The notes under the pieces are model-generated. The model did not search any database. It saw nothing but the letters and a program-made list of their open reading frames with translations, and was not told where the DNA came from. A DNA stretch of 64,000 bases from assembly GCA_048884965.1 (NCBI GenBank), contig JBHLQH010000014.1, forward strand, positions 1 through 64,000, read 5' to 3'. The position numbers were made by a program, and so were the translations under genes. How positions within the stretch are numbered: the stretch's first letter is position 1; every line of letters starts with the position of its first letter. This document shows, piece by piece, positions 59,196-64,000 of the stretch. This DNA is from Candidatus Thorarchaeota archaeon (GTDB lineage: Archaea; Asgardarchaeota; Thorarchaeia; Thorarchaeales; Thorarchaeaceae).

Positions 59196-59479
59196 CTAAA
59201 AATCAACCACCACTATATGGTCTTGTGAGTGTATAGGTTTTTCTTTTATTGATTTCTTATACCATGAGGGACAGGCAGGAATCCATTTTATTTTCCTCTT
59301 CTGCATTTTTAAAGGTATAATAGAACTTATTCGTGGAATTGGGGATGTGATTTCCAATATTCTAGAAAAAGGAATGAATAAAGTATTCTGGATTCATATT
59401 CTGGAGTTATTTCTTCCCTTGGTTTTCATACACATCCTTAATTTTTAGTTATCTACACAGGACGTGAGGTGAAATAGTC

Positions 59480-59572
59480 GTGTTTCGTTTCTTTGATGAA
59501 GATGAAGATTTTGATGACGACGACTGGGACGACGATGACGATGACTGGGAAGACGACGACGATGATTGGTAA
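59480..59572 (+). CDS. Acidic Trp-repeat microprotein 2 (30 aa; not in ORF track)
   Basis: GAGGTGA RBS, GTG start; MFRFFDEDEDFDDDDWDDDDDDWEDDDDDW*. Confidence 0.85.
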   Translation: MFRFFDEDEDFDDDDWDDDDDDWEDDDDDW

Positions 59573-59590
59573 GTCGTTTCCTCAGTGATG

Positions 59591-59650
59591 TCTTCAATCA
59601 CTTGAAGAAAACTTGGGGAGCGGGAATATTCTTCGCTCCCTTTGTCTTTG
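59591..59650. terminator. Two hairpins between microprotein 2 and the convergent mtnP
   Basis: TCTTCAA-tcac-TTGAAGA and GGGAGCG-N11-CGCTCCC followed by TTTGTCTTTG. Confidence 0.6.
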
Positions 59651-60514
59651 TTAGAATAAACCGTTTTTCATTGCCGTTTGGCAATCGCAAGATGCGTCTT
59701 TTGGAATATGTTTGATCATCTCGAATATGAGTTTCTTCACCCGCTCGACATTCTGAGACATGGTCCTCAAAACGAGCTCGTGCGTAACTGGGCCTTCCTC
59801 TCCCTGCACGTCATAGTCTGTTGGCATCGACACATTGACGAAGCAAATTCCAGCTTCTCTTGCAAGTGAGGTTTCTGGATATGCTGTCATGCCTATCACG
59901 TCCCATCCATTACTGTTAAAGAACATAGACTCTGCACGTGATGAGAAACGAGGTCCATTAATGCAAACATAGGTGCCACCATTATGAGCTTTGTAGTTCA
60001 GCTTTCCAGCAGTTTCGAAAGCGACTTTCCTCAGTTCAGGACAAAATGGTTCTGCAAATGGCAAATGACCGATTGTTCCTCCTTCGAAAAAAGTATCCTT
60101 TCTCTGACCAAATGTTCTATCGAATATCTGATCTGCCATGACAAACTCACCTAGTTTGATCTTCTCAGGCTGGAGGCTTCCAGTTGCTGCAGGTGAGATT
60201 ATCCTCTTCACACCCAATGCTTTCATTCCCCAAATGTTCGCTCGATAATTGATTGCATGAGGCGGTATGATATGTCCTCGACCATGTCTGGCTAGGAACG
60301 CGATACTTCGTCCTTCTATCTTTCCAATTATGAAATTGTCTGATGGAGCTCCATATGGAGTAAATACCTTGATCTCTATAGGATCCTTAATGACTTCTGG
60401 ATCGTAGTATCCGCTACCTCCGAGTAACCCAATCTCGATGGGAAGCAGTGCTTCCAGTTCATCTCTTTTGCTTCTATCAAGTGGTACAAAATCCAACTTT
60501 GCTTCAAATGCCAT
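59651..60514 (-). CDS. mtnP: 5'-methylthioadenosine phosphorylase (MTAP/PNP family)
   Basis: GGSG, TPYGAPS, LARHGRGH...INYRANIW, GPRFSSRAES, IGMT, TDYD. Confidence 0.95.
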   Translation of the reverse strand: MAFEAKLDFVPLDRSKRDELEALLPIEIGLLGGSGYYDPEVIKDPIEIKVFTPYGAPSDNFIIGKIEGRSIAFLARHGRGHIIPPHAINYRANIWGMKALGVKRIISPAATGSLQPEKIKLGEFVMADQIFDRTFGQRKDTFFEGGTIGHLPFAEPFCPELRKVAFETAGKLNYKAHNGGTYVCINGPRFSSRAESMFFNSNGWDVIGMTAYPETSLAREAGICFVNVSMPTDYDVQGEEGPVTHELVLRTMSQNVERVKKLIFEMIKHIPKDASCDCQTAMKNGLF

Positions 60515-60613
60515 CTCTCTTCTAACTCCTGAAGCTTGCTACCCTTCTTCTAACTAGTCTCTCATTTATAACTGATTTCCAATGGCGAAATAAAACTCGG
60601 ACAAGGACTTCCG

Positions 60614-61294
60614 TTATTGTGTGATTCTCCAGATCTTGTCCAGTGGGTATTGGATCCTCCCAAGGTATCCCATGTGGGCTTTGATCTTGGAGAGATTCTC
60701 ATCTGAGAGTACTATGTTGTTGTATTCTCGGAGATGCTTTTTGACCTCAGGTGTGCTCATCTCCTTAACCTTCTCACCTTCAAAGATCTTCATGATGAGG
60801 GCTGATAGGTCTTCAAAGAAGTTCCATGGCCATATCTCCCACGCCCAAGTGACCTCTACTCCATAATAATCAGGAACGAATTTAGAGCCTGCAATATGCA
60901 TGAGCGTGGCTGTCTTGATCTCAGATGGCTTTCCTGTTTCTTGGATATGTCTGACAGCAGTCATGAGGCTCTCACCAGTATCTGTAATATCATCAACAAC
61001 AAGAACCTTCATTCCTTCAACATCCCCTACTAGAGGGCATGAGAGCTGTGCCTTGCCATCTCTTGTAGCAGTGACTCCCCAGTGATCGACCTTAACTGAA
61101 AATAGATTCTTCACACCCAACAAGTCACATTGAATTCTTGCATGTACCCAACCTCCACGAGCAATTCCAATGATTGCTTCAGGCCGCCAGTTAGACTCCT
61201 TGATCTTATGGGCAGTCTGATAGGCATAGTTCGCAATATCATCATAATCCAGCACGTAGCAGAGAGGTCCTTTGAGCTCCATTGTATCCACCAA
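60614..61294 (-). CDS. Type I purine phosphoribosyltransferase (archaeal HGPRT-like)
   Basis: IARGGW, VLVVDDITDTGES PRPP loop, WEIWPW. Confidence 0.92.
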   Translation of the reverse strand: MVDTMELKGPLCYVLDYDDIANYAYQTAHKIKESNWRPEAIIGIARGGWVHARIQCDLLGVKNLFSVKVDHWGVTATRDGKAQLSCPLVGDVEGMKVLVVDDITDTGESLMTAVRHIQETGKPSEIKTATLMHIAGSKFVPDYYGVEVTWAWEIWPWNFFEDLSALIMKIFEGEKVKEMSTPEVKKHLREYNNIVLSDENLSKIKAHMGYLGRIQYPLDKIWRITQ

Positions 61295-61359
61295 GTCACT
61301 TTCATTTGGAAATGGAATCGGATAAAAGTGTGACTACTGTACCAATAAACGCTACGTAT

Positions 61360-62208
61360 CTAGTTATTGTCAATCCAAAGTAAGCGAACAGAATCGAATT
61401 CGCCAGGTAGATATTCTATCTTGACCTTGACACAGTCCCCTTCCTTAACTTTTCGAGGTATTTCAAATGGTAAAAACAGCTCCTTCCATCCATCTTCCAT
61501 ATCCAAGATAATTTCGTCATCAAGCGAAGCTTGGAACATCCCGCACAGTCCATGAGCAATTCCATCCTGTTTGATATCAAAGGTTAGTGTCTTTCGAACA
61601 CGGTAATCATCATCTAACGATCGGAGGTCAAACTTTACGATTTCTTCTATATCCGACAGCTCTATCCTCTCTTCTGCTCCTACCGTCTGAGGTCGTGATG
61701 GAAATCGAAGATCTTGGAAAGCAAAACGACTCAACATACTTTCGCTCTGACTCAATATTCCAAATATCTGGACTGACTTAGGAAGGAGAATTCCTTCTGG
61801 TTTCAAAACGTGTTTTGTGATATGAAGCGATGCAGGAATCTGCTGCTCGATGAGCATCATTGAGGAAAGCATCTCACAAAGAACTATGTCATACTTCTCA
61901 TGAGGCTTGAACTCAGAGAAGTGCATTGTCTTGAATTCTATCGCGCTATCTAGCTTGTTGTGTTCTGCAGCTTTTTTCGCATAGAGAATAGAGTCTTCAT
62001 GCACATCGATTGCAGTTACTTTCGCAGCTCCTGCTTTCGCTGCCAGCAATGCAAGAATTCCAGTTCCCGTTCCGATATCCGCAACCTTCATATCAGGTTC
62101 AACTATTCGTTCAATCACCTGAGCAAATTTCTGAATCCGCTTTTTTTGACTAAGCAAGCTTATTGCTCCAAGAAGATCGAATGGTGTTGCGTATTTCCTA
62201 CCTGACAT
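61360..62208 (-). CDS. Class I SAM methyltransferase with PRMT-like architecture
   Basis: VADIGTGTGILALLAAKAGA, DIVLCEMLSSMMLIE, LKPEGILLP, C-terminal beta-barrel-like region. Confidence 0.88.
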   Translation of the reverse strand: MSGRKYATPFDLLGAISLLSQKKRIQKFAQVIERIVEPDMKVADIGTGTGILALLAAKAGAAKVTAIDVHEDSILYAKKAAEHNKLDSAIEFKTMHFSEFKPHEKYDIVLCEMLSSMMLIEQQIPASLHITKHVLKPEGILLPKSVQIFGILSQSESMLSRFAFQDLRFPSRPQTVGAEERIELSDIEEIVKFDLRSLDDDYRVRKTLTFDIKQDGIAHGLCGMFQASLDDEIILDMEDGWKELFLPFEIPRKVKEGDCVKVKIEYLPGEFDSVRLLWIDNN

Positions 62209-62262
62209 CTCTTTTTTGCCATAACGAATCCTACTTATAACAAGAATGTTGGCTATTGTCTA

Positions 62263-63477
62263 GTGCCGAAGAGGTCTATTGAGAGGAAAAACCACGATTC
62301 TGGAGAACAAATCGATTTGACTGACGAGAGAATCCGAAAAGCAATAGAAGCAATCGAAGACTCATGCAATGAAGAAGCCATATCAATCCTCGAACCGATT
62401 GCCAAGGATTTGGATCCCGATCCGGATGCCCTCGTCTATCTTGGACTTGCCTATATTCAAGCTGAGCGTCCTGTAGATGCAGTCAAAGTCCTTCGACAAG
62501 CACAAGAGATGGTAGAGGATCATTGTGTACTGGCTCTTTTCCTGGGTCGTGCTTTGAGAAGTCTAGGGAAATATGAAGAAGCTGAGGATGAACTTCGCCG
62601 AGCAATTGAGCTGGAGCCAGAAGATCCAGAAGCCTGGATCGAACTTGGAAAGCTTTTGTATTCCAAGGGGAATTATGGAGAAGCAGCTCGCATCATGGAT
62701 GAAGCAATCATTCTATTCCCTGAGGATCTTTCGCTTCGAGGGACACTTGCTCTTGCGCTGTATAAGCTGGGCGATTTCACCCAAGCTACAAATGAATGGG
62801 CAAACCTTCACAAGTTAGATCCTGACCTCATGGCTGCAATGACGAATCTTGCATATCTACTTCTTTTGCAAGATAGAACCAATGAAGCACTTCCGCTTGT
62901 TGAAGAGGCCTACAAGAGAGACTCTGAGGATTATCGTGCGTTGGTTTTGAAGGGTATGGTTTCATTGACAGCTGATGAGAAAGACAAGGCGAAAATCTAT
63001 TTCGAGAAGATCTTAGAGAACCACTCAGATAATGTTGAAGCACTTTCGCGCCTTGCCGTTATCGAATATGAGAACGGGGATGCTGAGAAATGTACCGCTC
63101 TTCTTGATTACGCTGAGAAACAGATTAACTCAGAACAGGAATGTTGGAGGGGTCTCTGTTTTGCCTATTCACGGTTGGGCCTTCAAGACAAGCATATTGA
63201 ATGCTTAAAGAATTGGACTGAACAAGATCCCGGAGCAGCAGCACCTTGGGTTTCACTCGCAATTGAATATGATCGAGAGGGAAGAAAAGACTTGGCTTTG
63301 GGTGCTTGGCGGAAAGCAATGGAGTTACGGGGATATATCCGAATTCATTGTGCCAATTGCAGGCAGAGTATCAAGTTTGAGATAACCAATGCCTCCGCAT
63401 TCGAACCATATGAACCGCAGAAGTGCGACAATTGTGGGACAAAGATTGAGATGCCTATCGGCCTTCTAGCCCTCTGA
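62263..63477 (+). CDS. TPR protein with C-terminal zinc ribbon
   Basis: Multiple TPR repeats; CANC...CDNC. Confidence 0.9.
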   Translation: MPKRSIERKNHDSGEQIDLTDERIRKAIEAIEDSCNEEAISILEPIAKDLDPDPDALVYLGLAYIQAERPVDAVKVLRQAQEMVEDHCVLALFLGRALRSLGKYEEAEDELRRAIELEPEDPEAWIELGKLLYSKGNYGEAARIMDEAIILFPEDLSLRGTLALALYKLGDFTQATNEWANLHKLDPDLMAAMTNLAYLLLLQDRTNEALPLVEEAYKRDSEDYRALVLKGMVSLTADEKDKAKIYFEKILENHSDNVEALSRLAVIEYENGDAEKCTALLDYAEKQINSEQECWRGLCFAYSRLGLQDKHIECLKNWTEQDPGAAAPWVSLAIEYDREGRKDLALGAWRKAMELRGYIRIHCANCRQSIKFEITNASAFEPYEPQKCDNCGTKIEMPIGLLAL

Positions 63478-63484
63478 TGGAGAC

Positions 63485-63949
63485 TTGAGCATGTCTTCTC
63501 GAAGGTACCCTGAGTTTCCTATACCTGGTGTGGGAGGAGTTGTATTCGGCACGAAAGGTGTTCTTCTTGTGCGAAGAGATAAGGAACCCGGAAAAGGTCT
63601 CTGGAGTATTCCTGGGGGCGGCGTTGAAGTAGGAGAAACTCAACAAGAAGCGTTAGTTCGAGAAGTCCTAGAAGAAACCGGAGTCCGATGTAATGTCCTT
63701 CAATTCATAAGTACAGCTGATATCATCTTTCGTGATAAGAATGGAGATATTGAATATCATTACATTTTGAACCATTACCTAGCTGAGGCGTTATCCAGCA
63801 GTATCAGACCAGAAACACCAGATGCAGAAGTTGGATGGTTTGCTCTAGATCAACTCCCCATAAGCGATATGCCTGAAGCCATAATAGATATCGTCAACAA
63901 AGCTAGTGCAATTCAAAATCCTATGCAAAAAGGCATCCGAGAAACTTAA
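63485..63949 (+). CDS. NUDIX hydrolase (ADP-ribose pyrophosphatase-like)
   Basis: GGGVEVGETQQEALVREVLEETG Nudix box. Confidence 0.95.
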   Translation: MSMSSRRYPEFPIPGVGGVVFGTKGVLLVRRDKEPGKGLWSIPGGGVEVGETQQEALVREVLEETGVRCNVLQFISTADIIFRDKNGDIEYHYILNHYLAEALSSSIRPETPDAEVGWFALDQLPISDMPEAIIDIVNKASAIQNPMQKGIRET

Positions 63950-64000
63950 GAGGTGTCTTTGTTACAGATTGTTAGTTACAACTTGTCATTGACAGGACGT

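Noticed and set aside
59196-59479. Replication origin (ORB elements) in the AT-rich gap
   Set aside because: There is no adjacent cdc6/orc1 gene and the repeats lack the ORB GAAAC...GGGG part.
58300-59572. GAY/GAR-rich tracts as microsatellites or a CRISPR-like array
   Set aside because: There is no fixed repeat-spacer unit; the third codon position varies and TGG codons stay in frame, between an RBS-start and a stop.
1-64000. Numerous 60-170 aa ORFs in the track that overlap longer genes (e.g. 12080..12598, 39091..39498, 42229..42612, 45478..45867, 53215..53523)
   Set aside because: They are antisense or alternate-frame shadows of well-supported CDSs, with no recognisable motifs.

Overview
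A gene-dense archaeal chromosomal window. The gene set points to an Asgard archaeon, most likely Thorarchaeia; this is inferred from protein families, archaeal TATA/GGTG-type signals and frequent TTG/GTG starts, not from a marker gene. Housekeeping content: peptide and amino-acid catabolism (M3 oligopeptidase, TldD/PmbA, two anchored HEFNH metalloproteases, aminotransferase, APC permease, two C-N hydrolases, acyl-CoA dehydrogenase), a bacterial-type excision repair locus with two tandem full-length uvrA paralogs (uvrB-uvrA-uvrA ... uvrC), and purine salvage/nucleotide sanitising genes. I found no rRNA, tRNA, CRISPR array or intact mobile element. Most notable observations: (1) two ~30-aa Asp/Glu-Trp microproteins, missed by the ORF track and both ending in DW-stop, that flank a very basic PaaX/ChrB/Cas2-like protein; (2) a zinc-ribbon protein apparently built from permuted contractile-tail baseplate fragments; (3) the tandem UvrA pair; (4) a 1934-aa receptor-like surface protein with a cytoplasmic longin-like domain; (5) a PRMT-like methyltransferase; (6) several clear palindromic operators next to candidate regulators. 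All family assignments are from motif recognition by eye; no searches were run.
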